Assembly: GCA_973895155.1 (NCBI GenBank)
Contig: OZ316891.1
Location: forward strand, 26,591,972-26,655,971
Length of the DNA: 64,000 bases
Source of the DNA: Marsupella aquatica
Lineage: Eukaryota; Plantae; Marchantiophyta
Reading direction: 5' to 3'
The notes below the pieces were generated by a model. That model saw nothing but the letters and a program-made list of their open reading frames with translations, was not told where the DNA came from and did no database searches. The position numbers and the translations under genes are program-made. Shown here in pieces: positions 36,560 through 49,000 of the stretch (position 1 is its first letter; each line of letters starts with the position of its first letter).

Positions 36560-39153
36560 TCATGTCATGCTGGAGTCCAACCAACCGCCGATAGGCCGAG
36601 GAGATTGTTCGAAAATTTCGTCGAACGTGAGAGCTTCATCATCCCGTCGCCAGCTGCTCTTGGACATCGAACTATCATACTGCTGGTTACCCAGCATCTG
36701 CTGGTCCAAAGCTTGTCGCTGTTGCTGTTGTTGATGCGTGTACCAGTCCGTCTCACTTAGGGGAGGTCCTTGAAGCTGGACAATCTCCGCGGCATGCAAT
36801 GACTCACTAGCACTACCGCTTGTGCTGGCATGCGGATGTTGATCAATATTGCTTGCATACAAGGATTCAACCATCCATGTATCCTCAAGGTTTTGCAATT
36901 GCGAGTGAGCCCAGTCGAAAGACGACGACTCATAGGGAGCAGCTGCTGTCGATAATTGTAGTGGCTGAGAATAAGGAGCCTGAGAAAAGTGCTGCATAGA
37001 TCTTTCTGATTGAGTGATGGGTTGGGGAATACTCATGGAGCTGTAAGAGGGCGCTGTTGCCCTCGAAACGGGGGCCACGATGGGAAGTGATGCAGAGATT
37101 TCCAGCGATGTAGCGGTTTTTTTGGCTGCTGCGGATCCATCAATTACGTTGGAAGAGGTGGCACTCTTGCTCGCACCAGCACGAGCTAGTTCAGCTGCGG
37201 CATGGTGAGACTCTGCTGGAAAATTTAATTTGGCACGAGATCCCCGGAAACCTATAGCAGCCTTGTCATAAGCTCTAGCCGCGGCTTCAGGGGTATCAAA
37301 CGTACCCAGCCAGACTCTGGCTGCTTTTTTAGGATCACGGATTTCTGCTGCCCATTTGCCCCATGGCCTCTGCCTCACTCCCCGATATCTCTTTCGCTTC
37401 TGCGCTGGTGGTACTCCGTTGCTCGCTGCACTAGTTTCTTCCGGATACTCGGTTGATTTATCGCTTCCTGCAGACATTGCACGTAATAACGAAGAACATC
37501 AAACTTTTGCAATCCACGACTAAATACATCTCTCAAGACCTACACTGAATTCATGAAATCGGAGGCTCCCTAATCTATAGACTTTTCGATCCCTTTCGCT
37601 CGCTTAACTGCCTAGTGTGCCGCGATTCATTTCCCCACGGCAGAGCAATGATTGACTACGATTTTTTATCAGAACGCCCAACTTTTGGTGCCAGTGACTG
37701 AATACTGTGAAGTATGAAGCGATGCACTACTAGGCATACATAATTGGAAGAGCATGTAGTCAAAAGACTGCCTTAACACTAGTCCTAGTCCCACAAGCAT
37801 TATTGTTCCCAGCTGATTGACCACTTAACGTGCCGAAGAATGCCTCGCCGCTATTCTTCTGTACCAAGACGAAAATACTGCTCCAAACACCAAGTTCAAA
37901 GGAACCTATCACCCTTCTTGCATAGCAAGATTTGTCAGGGCAGCGTAAGGTCTACAACATTTCTAGATGACTCCAAAACACTAAGGCTGTTCAGGTTCTC
38001 GAACCGCCTTATAATTTCTACCACCCACCAGACAAGAGGATGGTACCTAGACATCAGGACTTACATTCATAGGCAGCTTCCACTGAATTTCTGTGCTCTC
38101 CCAGCCCTCCCTATGCGACTTGCTTCAAGAGAGAACTTAACCACTTAACGGCTTTGACTTAGGTTTGACTTCAAGAAAAAATTATTCTAAAATAATCATA
38201 TTGTCGCATTCCGATTTTCCATCCGATGTCCAAGAGCAGGAATTCCAATCACAACCTGCCGCTGACTCTCAGACAAGCTAGAACCTACAGAGCGACTTCC
38301 TTAGAAAATGAGAAGAAATAACTGAATTCGCGTGTCCTGTCACTGAATTACTGCGTCGCTTTCTCTTTTGCAGTTGACAGTATGCCGAATGTGACCAATT
38401 GTCACCCGTAGCCTCAAGGTTCAGCTCAGTTTATACGAATTGTACTCTCAAGTATCATTCCCTCACTGACTTAAGTGCAGGAATCTCAATTTTGTCTAAA
38501 GACAGGCGAGTTGCTGGACTATTGGCAATTGACCTAAGGACTCATCAAAGATCAAATCAGTGGAGAGAGGTAAGCAGCAGAAAGATTGACGAAGCAAGAA
38601 TCGATGAGTGAGTCTTACCTTCTAGATAACGAAGGGCGAATTGTCCAGCTGCGGCGGTCTTCCCAGAATCGGAGCTTGACTCAGCTCGACTCAGGTGAGT
38701 CGCATATACTCCGCTGGTGCTACTCTCTTCTGGCTTCAGGTGCCAATTCTGGCCAATTTGTGACGCATTGCGCTTGAATCCATGGTCTACTCCACTACAC
38801 CATAGATTATCATTTCGCATTCCTGAGTCTTGGTAGAGCTTAGACTGGCCGTGACGTTCTGCCAAAGCTTGCTCCGCAGCTAGTAGCATTTTGCTCCACT
38901 CCGGATGAGACTGCCCTTGGGTTCCATAACTCCGTTGCTGCTGATGGTGTGCAGCGTATGCGCCAAAGCCTCCCATACCCATGGTGCTCTTCTTACCACT
39001 GTCTTCTAGGTAAATCGGCTTAGGTGATACTGAGATAGAATCCACTACTAGCTCCGAGGCCAGCGACGGTAGTAATAATTCTGCTACCCCTCCTCCTCCT
39101 CCGACCCCCACGACTCCCAAGTCCACATTCTTACACATTGGATATAGTAGCAT
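36560..39153 (-). CDS. AP2/ERF transcription factor, group X (ERF108-115/RAP2.6/ABR1)-like, ~480 aa. Exons 39153..38619, 37467..36560
   Basis: AP2 domain [59 protein letters not shown]. Donor GAAG|GTAAGA (38619/38618) and acceptor CTGCAG|GA (37468/37467) join the two ORF-track ORFs in frame. The start is ATG 39153 or 39138. Confidence 0.85.
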
Positions 39154-39625
39154 ACTTAATTTGAGGCTCTCAGAATCGGCCGACTCAAGAACTCTCCTGC
39201 TGTCTCCTATTTCAAATTCTGCTTCCAGCTCTCCCAACCCCAATTCCCAAACCTCAATTGCTCTCCTTCTGCTGTAACGGGCCCTCGCTCTTCGATTTTC
39301 AGCTCCCAATTCCTAATCCAATTCCGCTTTTTCTATCCCCCCTGTTGCCAATCCAAAATTGCTCTCCGCCAATGCGCACTTTTTCAAACTCGCTGGTTTT
39401 GAATCCTACTTACGCACGAAATGGCAGTGCCTTATCTGTGATTCCTGTCGCAGGGCTTGAATGAATGCCGAGGAACACTGGGCACCTTGCCTCTCAGCTC
39501 TCTCCTTATGGAGTCTGGTGGGGGGTGCGTGTTCGTTTTCGTTTGAACTTCACTCGGACCCCACTCTCTCTCCACTTGAGCTTCAAAAGCGAAGCAAATG
39601 CGGTTTCAATCCCCATTGCGATCGA

Positions 39626-39857
39626 GCAATATATACCAACAGCTTCCCCATTCATCGCTGATCATTCCAGCGCAGCCCCCCAGCTGTGATCGAGCAAGTT
39701 CTTCCATGGATCGCACGAAGCAGCGCTCGACCCAACTCACATTTCCTCGAAGAGGAGGAGCAGAGACTACGCGCTGACTTGGTTCTGCCACGTCACTGCC
39801 TTCTCCAGCAAACACGCGTCGGGCTCACCTTGCCAGTAACCCTATCTTCACCACGTG
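39626..39857 (-). promoter_or_regulatory. Putative ERF promoter: TATA-like element plus ABRE/TGACG, CGCG and G-box motifs
   Basis: TATATATT (minus) at ~39628-39635, TGACGTGGC (minus) at 39787-39795, ACGCGT at 39814-39819 and CACGTG at 39852-39857. Confidence 0.45.
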
Positions 39858-42729
39858 ACCAAATATGGTTCCGACGCTCCTACCCGGTTAGGTCTCGAGA
39901 TTCTAGAAAGTCCTCACAAAATCCAGAGGAAAAACTCTGTGCCGCCGATACGTTGGATCGACGGTCGGTAATTTACTCGGAGTTGAATCTCACGTATTTA
40001 TTCGAGTACGCCTAGTCACCATGGTTAGCTGTCCACTGTGCGGACAGTCGCGCCACATCGTTAACTGGATGGAGATAACTATCTTGCCTTAAGTTTAGAG
40101 CCCCTATTATTTTGGAAAGTGTTTGGGATTATTCGAATTTCTGGATTATAACGCTTCCTTGGTGAATCTAAAGATCTGGAGATCAGGTAAAGTACTTGGG
40201 ACGCTGTTTTGTTGATTTGAATTTCTGATTCCCTCGGTTTGATATCTACTGTAGGCCTATCTAATAGGCCATCGAGATTGGCCAAACCCATACTCTATTT
40301 TAATTGACCTCCCTACTTCCTTCGCCTCCCTTCCAATGACAGAAGAAATTCCCTTTTTTTCTATTTTTCCAACTTCAATCTTACTGTAGTTCCCTTCTCA
40401 CCACTCCTCAAGAGATTGGGGTTATTAAAGTCATTAAACACCAATATCGTAATATTACTGGGCCCTTTGTTTATGAAATGCAATCTGGGCAGGAAGCAAT
40501 CATGACCATTCACTGCAATCCTATTTTTTCTGAACCATTTGATTGGCAAAAAACCCCTGCTATTCCCCTCCCTCCTCCCCACTCGCCATCACATAGCATC
40601 ACGCAGGCAGTGCCTCCCTGCAGTACCCTTCCCACTTGCCCGCACCCTCGCCCTACCCTTGCCCTCCATGCATGACACCATCCCTGATGCACCCTCAGTC
40701 AATTTGCCCTCTGTGCCTTACACCCTTGTTGCCTATGCCCTCACCCTCCCTAACTCACCCCTCGCAAGGGAATGGGGAGGAGAGAAACCAGAGAGTGGGA
40801 GAAAAGAGAAATTAAAACAAAGGATTTAGTGCCATCTCTCCCTCTCTCTATTTTGCAGTCAGGTCTTGAGCTAAAAAGTTTACCTATCCATAATTATTTG
40901 TGCCTCAATGAATCCATGCTTCCACAACAAAATTTTGAATTGATTCCGCAAAAAATGTATCAATAATTTCCTTGTCTCACCTGCAGGCAGAACGAGACAG
41001 TTACACAGTTTCGTTTGAGACAGTCTATGTTTATCAATACTTCACCAACATTATATTATGTAAATATTGTTACAATTATACATTTGGGATGTCAACCACC
41101 TTTTATTTTGGATTTTGTTGGCCAATTTGTGGCCTCTCTTTGTTATAATAATAGATAAAGGTTTGACAATTTTAGAGTGAAATATTTGGTACTCACTCTT
41201 GGAGACCCTGTAAACTTTACAACTTTCAAAAGCATACCTATTGAAAAATCCGCGGGTCACTTTGCCCCGAGTTTATAGTGATAGTGGGGTGGGACTTGGA
41301 AAGATGAAAAGTTAGCACGGAGGAAACTGAGCCAAAGCGAAAGATAGAATCGATAAAGATAAGCTTTGAACTTGGCAACTGTAGGACCCACTGTCCATTA
41401 TCCACTACGCAAATAAATCCCAATTAAAAGAATACACATACCTAATGTACGTCCTGCAGAAGATTCGATCATTTATGTCCATTATTAATTAATTAGCACG
41501 AGGCAGAAATCAGAAATGTAGTTCGAAAGAAATGAATCAGCGTTACTATGGAAGCTCCTGAAGAGGCATCTTACTCTGAAAGACATCTTTCATTGCTGCC
41601 TGCGCGTCATTGGCCTTGGCCGGTCCTTGTGGCCCCGGCCTTGCCTGGGACCGCCAGCAAGGACCTGGGCACATCCCTTGCGACCTTCCTAGCCAGAGGG
41701 CCGTCCCAGAGAACCAACGGCCCCTAGCAATTAGTTTGCCAAGTGAGGGCGAAGCACCCCCAACTCAATCAGGCATGTTTCTGGGGAACTAGTTCCATGA
41801 ACTGGGTAAGTGGGGGAGAAGTCCTCCGAGTCCCTTCAGGAGGGCAGTGGCCATCAGTGTGTTGGGAGCAGGTTCGAGGCATTTATTTTGTGAAAAGCGA
41901 GGGAGAAGCACCCCCACTACCCCAGCTCTGCCAGTGACTGCAGTCACTCATTTTCTGGGAGACACGGTTCCATGCACGAGTGAGTGCCCCCCCCCCCCCC
42001 CCCAGTCCCAGAGAGTTCATGCCGGGCCAAATTTTTGGAGCACGGTTCCATGCATTTGTAAATTGGGGGAGGGGGGCCAAACTAGCATTCCGAAACCGTG
42101 GTAAATCCGGAGAGCATTCTTTTTGATCCGTAAATAGAAACAATACAAAATATACAGTGCTATGGGGCCAAAGATAGTAGCTTGCGCACGTGTGTTTTTA
42201 ACATAATGTCGTGGATCTTGCCAGGTGGAAATGAGTAAAATCGGTATGGGCTAGGGACTGTGGAGGAAGACTCGTGGAGAGAGGCTGGAGAGGAGTAAAA
42301 GACACACAGTAATCCACTTCAGCTTCCGCCGTTAGTTCCGGACCGAGGATCTGGACAAAAAACAGCCCAAAAAAATGGAAGAAATTGGAAACGCGGTAGG
42401 AATCGAATCAGTCTAGAAACAAAGGGGAGCTCCCGATAAGGGTGGTGAATGATAACATATGGGACACATAGCTGGAAAAGGGGACGGCCAGTGAAATTAG
42501 CAAATACAGCACATGGAAAACCTTCAGTGAGAGTCGGAGAAGTGTCAGCTGTGCGATTTTCATTGGAGAGAATTGGACAAGTGTGTTATGTGAAGTGGAT
42601 CCAGCGTGCGCCACCGTTCTGTCGATAATTATGTAATTGGCAAGGTTTCTGTCATTAGTTTAGTGCCTATGTTACGTGTTTGGTTTTTTGTCTGTTGTTC
42701 TGGATTTTGGGCTGTCTTGGGTCCTATCG

Positions 42730-44390
42730 TATCCATCACGATGGTGTTTAGATCATGCAATGGCTCCTATCCTGGGTGTGGATTAATTTCTGCGTACAGA
42801 TCTGACGACATATCCGTCACGACGGTGGTTAGATCATACAAGGGTCCCAATCCTGGGCGTGGATTTCTACCCACAGATCAGACGACATATCGATCACGAT
42901 GGTGGCTCTTCCACTCTCTGTTTTTGTTTTTGTGTTTGCGAGAGCAGCAATGCATCGTTTCATTGCGTTTCAATTAGGCAAAAGACTTGTCTCAGCATTG
43001 CATTCTGTTTATTGAGTTGAGGTGTAGGAGTAAGGATCAAAATTCGCATCACCTGCCGACCTGTTGAGTAGGATTTTGAAGGCAGGTTAAATAGGACATC
43101 ATCTCAGTGGGATTAGTCCTAAGAGGGTATGATTGATTGAATGAAATCTGTTTTAAACAAATTGGCTTATGCTTATACTTTCAATCTACATGTTTGCAAG
43201 TGTCACTATTCCTGTCCAATTGACCCAACTCGTCCAAGCCTGGCTCGGAACACTAAATCAACTATTGTAGATGAAATTAAACATTTTTTGCCTGAAATTG
43301 TGAAGCAGACAAGAAACTCAAAGTTGTCTCGTTCTTCGTTGTCCCATTCTGCTCGACCTGCTGATGACTTAGATAGAGGCACATCCCGTAGGAGTTTCAG
43401 CGGAAGGTAGTCAGGAAGTGAGCTATCTTTAACGCATGTCCAACGTCGAGCACGGCTGACATGTGACAGGATTTTGATGAGAGAAGAATGTTTTCACATG
43501 CAGAAACCTTCATTCATGACAAGCTGGGTCAAAGCCTTTTTCTTTTTATCCTGGATCCATGGTGAGTTGAACTACTCAGGATTCGAGTGTTAACAGCGAA
43601 ATTAGTAGCTTTGCACGGGCATCCACGAGTGAAGTGCGTTGTGAGCAACATATAGAAGATTAGACCACAAAGACTGCACCGCGAAGCAAAGTAAACCGAG
43701 GGAACCTGCCAAAATCCATCCCATGTCTGTTTACAAACTTCAAATAAGAGGAACCCCCTGTCTGTTTACAAACTTCAAACCGAAGGAACTAGAAACAAAC
43801 TTGAAACAGAGCGAACCAAAAGAGGGAACTAGACCTTGTCCTTTCATGTTTTCCATCATTTTTTGACATGATTTCTTGGATGTACTGAAAGGGGGTGGAA
43901 GCAAGGACAACGCTGCCATTGCTTGTCTTGCGTTGTCCTTGCTCTCCCCCACAACATCACTTTTGTAATAATAATAATCAACAATATCGCTCTCCCCAAC
44001 AACATCACTTTTGCAACAATAATAATCAACAACATGACGATACAACCGACACCACCGGAACGTACAACGACATTTCCGATTGGTCTGGGGCCATGGGCCA
44101 TCAGTTTGTAACTTTATGGTGCTCTATCCGTCTGTTGTGACCGCTTCTCACGATGACTAGCTAGATCATGGTATCAATGTGAGCAGTTGCTCGCAAAATA
44201 GGTCCAACAATTAGCTCGTAAACAAAGCTGCAGATCAAGTTCCTGGGGACAGACACCGGCATATATATATGTATATGATCATAATTGTATAAATCCTTGA
44301 CGGTACGTCGAGATGATCTCCGTCCGTCTTTCAATTCGTTGTGTTCGGTTGCTACAGATTTTTGTCCTGTCCAATAGTTCGCCCATATTG
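42730..44390. repeat. Segmental duplication copy B (lacks ~870 bp corresponding to 27431-28300)
   Basis: The junction ...CACGATGGTGG|CTCTTCCACTCTCTG at ~42905 fuses two blocks that are separate in copy A. Confidence 0.9.
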
Positions 44391-44688
44391 CCAACAGTCA
44401 AGGATACTGAATGCCTGAGCCCTTTATAGAGTAACTGACACATTCTGCCAAACGAATCAAGTGAGAACCGAAACAGGGGGATACGGTCCCCTCTCTAAAC
44501 CCGATACTACACAAGCCCAGAGGAAACAGTCAAAGATAGGGCGAAGAGCCCCAAAGACTTCAGAACAGGTTGTTTTTTCCTGAGTAAAACATTTACTTGC
44601 ATTGACATAGTTTTTTTCATGAGGAAAAAACACTAAGTATAGAAGATTAGACCACAAAGGGCTCAGGCATTCAGTATCCTGTTGGCAA
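44388..44688. mobile_element. Inverted-repeat-bounded element (~33-bp arms) at the end of duplication copy B
   Basis: TTGCCAACAG(TCAAG)GATACTGAATGCCTGAGCCCTTT at 44388-44425 is the reverse complement of 44656-44688 apart from a 5-bp insertion. Confidence 0.6.
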
Positions 44689-46071
44689 ATTCTAGGAAAT
44701 TCATCAGATAGCTCACAATAGTCATCTAGTGCTGCCAGATTCCCGTGTTCAGAAAAGACTTACGAGTGCGAACTTCCCCGCTCTCAAGCTCTTGTTGGTG
44801 CATTCAATCTGGCAAATTGGCAGCAAACACTCTCCCTGGCTTGAACTCAGGTTTCCTGGTTCAAACAGGAAGAGTTCCATTTTTGGCTCATAGTCGGTTA
44901 GGTGCCACTATTGAGGGGGGAATCCAGGCCGGTCGCGACAGAACACGTTGGGCAATGGCGAGAGTTTACTGAGCTACTCCGGTCTAGATTTTTTTCTGGT
45001 TCAATACAGCAGGGTATCTTTGTAATATTATTGATACGCCTATTCTGTATGGTGTGTCAATAACCAGCTATCAACAATGCTATGAAATGCACTGGCATTG
45101 AGATAATTTCTTTGTAACGTATTGATAACCAGCTCCCTCTTATATACGCCGTGGCCAGCTTGTAGTACCCTGACAATTGGCAGACCATCTACGCCAATTG
45201 TCATTCTTCACACGAGGTTATGCTTTCCTGATTCCTCAGGTGATTCTTATCAGATTCCATGACTACGGCTGCACAGATTATACAGATCGCATGCTTACCC
45301 AGGACCCAGCATTTAAGTCGGCACGCACAGAGTGCTGTCGATGGTGTCGTTCCTTCGTCGGCCTGTACCAGTAATGAAAGGAAGGCATAGACCTCCCAAT
45401 CCCCATGATGCCTCAATAAGCTCACCATGTGCCAACTCCAAACCAACAGAGGCAGAGTTTGGGAGAAAACTGAGCACACTAAGAAAGAGACAACTTGTCC
45501 TAAGAAACCATTAGCTTCACCGTAGTCACATTACAGCAGGCAAGCGAGATGTATGAGACAGTATGTAATGTGTGGCTCCCACGACAGCAAGTAGTCTACA
45601 GCCAGTCTTGAAGTTGGGCGATTGAGGAAGGTTTAGAGGGATTCAAAAATCTTGCAACTGGCTACATACTAAGGGCGGCAATCACAGCATTGTCCAATGG
45701 TCGGTGAGACAATTCTCGTTTCTGTAGGAAAATTATTGGATGTTACTCACCGATAATCATGCCATCGGGTTTCAGTTAGAAAGCGCAGTGTAAACTAAAG
45801 ACAAGGCGGGTCATGCCATACAGCTTCATCAGGAAATTGTGAAGCATTAATCAGAAAATCTGAGTAAACCACGTCAAAGGTTGCTACCGAGCTTGACATG
45901 ATGAACAGCAGCCAACAACCAACAGCCACTGCAGCTTAAATAGATTGAAGCTCAGGCCAATGTGAGCTCGACACAGAAGGTCCCAGCAGAAGTAAATGTC
46001 CTCCATATATTATGTATTCTATGTTACAAATGATCAAGCAAATGTCTACAATTTTCCGACCGTTGTTAAAC

Positions 46072-49000
46072 CTAGCTTGAGTGATTCTTCAATGAGGAGG
46101 TAATTATGGACTTCAGCCCACCGAGGGGAGGTTTCATAGTGGCTCTGTACGCAGCCTCGTTGTATGGAGATTTGAAACAGTTCCAATACGGCCTGAATGA
46201 ATTAGTCTTCTCCTTAAGCTCAACTCCTGAAAATTGCTGATCGAACCTTTTTGACAAGCTAAATCTAAAAGAGGATCCATCCCCTGCTGTAAGTTTCCTA
46301 TTTTTACTGCTACTAATCAAACCTGGAACCCAGAAATTCCGCTCTGCTCTAAAACTGCTGAACTCTCTCCCTTGCAAAGCAGGAGAATTACACGCTGTCG
46401 ATGGTTGTGAGAATGATATAGATCTAGAATGCCCATGGTTCACCAGGGCAGCACCATTTTCAGAACGCACGGAACTGTTGGAGATGTTGCTTCTGTCAGA
46501 TCTATTCGGTACCTGGGCTTCATGCAACAAATGTCGAATTGATGGCAATTTATCATCTTCCTGTGTGCGCGTGAAGTCCTTTGAAAAAACGAAACTTACC
46601 TTTCCCTTGGTGGCTTGGTCGACAAATGGGCAGATACCCTGCAGTGTTTCAAGTCAGTCATGCGGACAATCAAGGAGATTCAGAAAAGAAAACGCACATC
46701 AATTAGAAGGCTAGACAGCAAGTTATAACCCTGCAACCAGGACTGAATTCTCCAGTAGACAGTATTCCAGTATCCACCACTGCTAACAATGCGCGACTAT
46801 ATTTAAAAAGGAAAACAAACGAAAAAGAAAAAGCAGAGCTCCATTTGTATCATGGGCTCTTAGAGTCAACTCACACCTTCCAGAGATAGTAAAAGACCGA
46901 CGGAGAATCCACAATGAAGGCCTTGGCAAGCCTTTCTGGATAATTTTCAGAAAGAATTTTGAGAGTTCCAAGGATTGTGCTTGATGACGGAGAACTCATC
47001 TTAGATTGACCTGCAAAAGTGGAGCAACCGCTTTCAAATCTAAAACTTCACAGCATCCCAAGGTTCTGCAAAGTCAACATGTATTTATAATGCGCCTTCA
47101 CACCTTTTGTAAAATCTTCCGGCATAGCCATCTGACAAGGGCAGTCCCATACATTGATTACCACCTGAACTGATCTCAGGATAGATATAAGCTAAAACAG
47201 AACTAAGAATGCACGAAGCATACTTTCTTCACTTCTAACGATCAAAACAACTTACCAACATCGATTATAAGCACCCATTGGTCCACTCCTCGAAACATGG
47301 AAGCCACAGCAACCTCTACAGTGAATATCAAGTACCTTAAATACCTGCATTATCACAGCCCTCTCGGTTAGCGATGATCAGGAGCATGTAAGGAGTGAGA
47401 TGGAGAAATTACTCCAGAAAGGCTTGTTCTTTCGTTTATGGCACGGAACAAATTTCATGCGCAATAGATTTGTATGGCCCCAGGAAAGCTTTGTATCGTG
47501 GAAACAATTCAACTGTTCATATTTCCCGACCCAGAATGTGAGACCTCCACAAGAAAGTTTCGTCCGCAATGAAGTCGTGCCTTTAAATCGCTTGCATCGG
47601 TCTTGAAACAATTGTCAATTACTGCATCTCACCTCGTCAGACAACACAGTAAAACCTTACTGACACGAGGACTTCAAATTCATTGCTTTCTAACATTTTC
47701 CGGACCCTTCGTCCAGGTACGAGGTTTACAGTTCACACCAGTCCCATCGTCATTATGTTTATTCCGTGTTTCGTCAATCGTCAGTTGACTTATAATCCTT
47801 ATGACACCGTCGCGGTCTGCTCCAACATTAGAGACAGAATCATTACGTAGCAGAATTGCTTTGCCATGCGGACTGTTGTTGACAGGGTCCGTGGTGGATC
47901 AAGACAAACGAGATATCCGAAGTTTGCGCCTCAAAAGTACACAGACAAAGACCCTTGAGTAACTAACACGAATTGCAGAGGGAAAAGGAAGGATTATGAG
48001 TACAGTAGAAAGGGACTCCGTCGAGGTCGGAGATAAGGCAGTTAGCAGAGATGAATACTGTAGGTTCCCAGTTGGAATAGTTAGGACTCAGGAGTGAACC
48101 CAAAATAATACAAAATGCATGCATCATTTTAGTACTGTCTTCCCAAAGAATTCCTTCAGAAGTCAGCGTGCGGTACAATGGGAGATTCATGATTACGACT
48201 ATAGCGGTCAACGCCGCATTGTACTGTGCATGATGTTGAGTCTTACTATGTAACAGTGAAGAAACTCACCGCTTTTGAGACCATGACGTGAAGCTATTAT
48301 AATTCCTCTTCTTGATGATCTGCACGCGACAGCATCGACGGGTTAGAGCGTGATAGAAGAACTTTTCAAACGACCCCCCAAGGCGAAAAATCCACAGGCT
48401 GACTTAACATACTTCTTTCGGACCAAACAGCACGATAAAGGGACTCTACCCACACGCCCACAGCTGTTGCTCCATATGGAAACAGGGACTCAGCATCCGT
48501 ATGAAACTGCGCTCGGTAAAAACAGAGGCTCTGCATTTCTTAATCCCAGGGCCAGACGAGTACGCAAAGGGAGCCCAACTGCCCGGCCCTAAAGCAATTA
48601 ACTACACTTCGTACGCGTACCCTGTCGATAGACACTGCTCTGGTTCTTACAATGGTGTCTCTCAAGAGACGGACCACTCTACACACCACGGCCAGAACCG
48701 CGTCGTCCATGCGGACTTGCAGAGTGAGTATGAATACACGGATGATTTTTCACACAGGACTGTGAACATTTGGGGTCACAAAACTATGGGAAAAGAGCGG
48801 GGACGAGAGAGAGAACAGCGAAGAGAGACGAGAGACTGTCGTGCAGTCAAGATGCCTGTTATTTCCGCCTTAGGGTGACGAAAGGTACGACAAAGGGGAG
48901 TCTTCTAAGGGAAACGCCATTTCAAAGTGCGTTTCCCTCCTAGACCTGACAGACAGTTCTGACATGCTGTTATGCACTCCGGAGAAAAGAAGAAAGATGG

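Noticed and set aside
40338-40347. TGACAGAAGA resembling the miR156 5' end
   Set aside because: Only 10 nt match and no precursor hairpin.
46560-46600. Strong GTAAG donor inside the last Sec14 exon
   Set aside because: Read-through gives [10 protein letters not shown], which fits the CRAL-TRIO C-terminus in frame, so no intron is needed.
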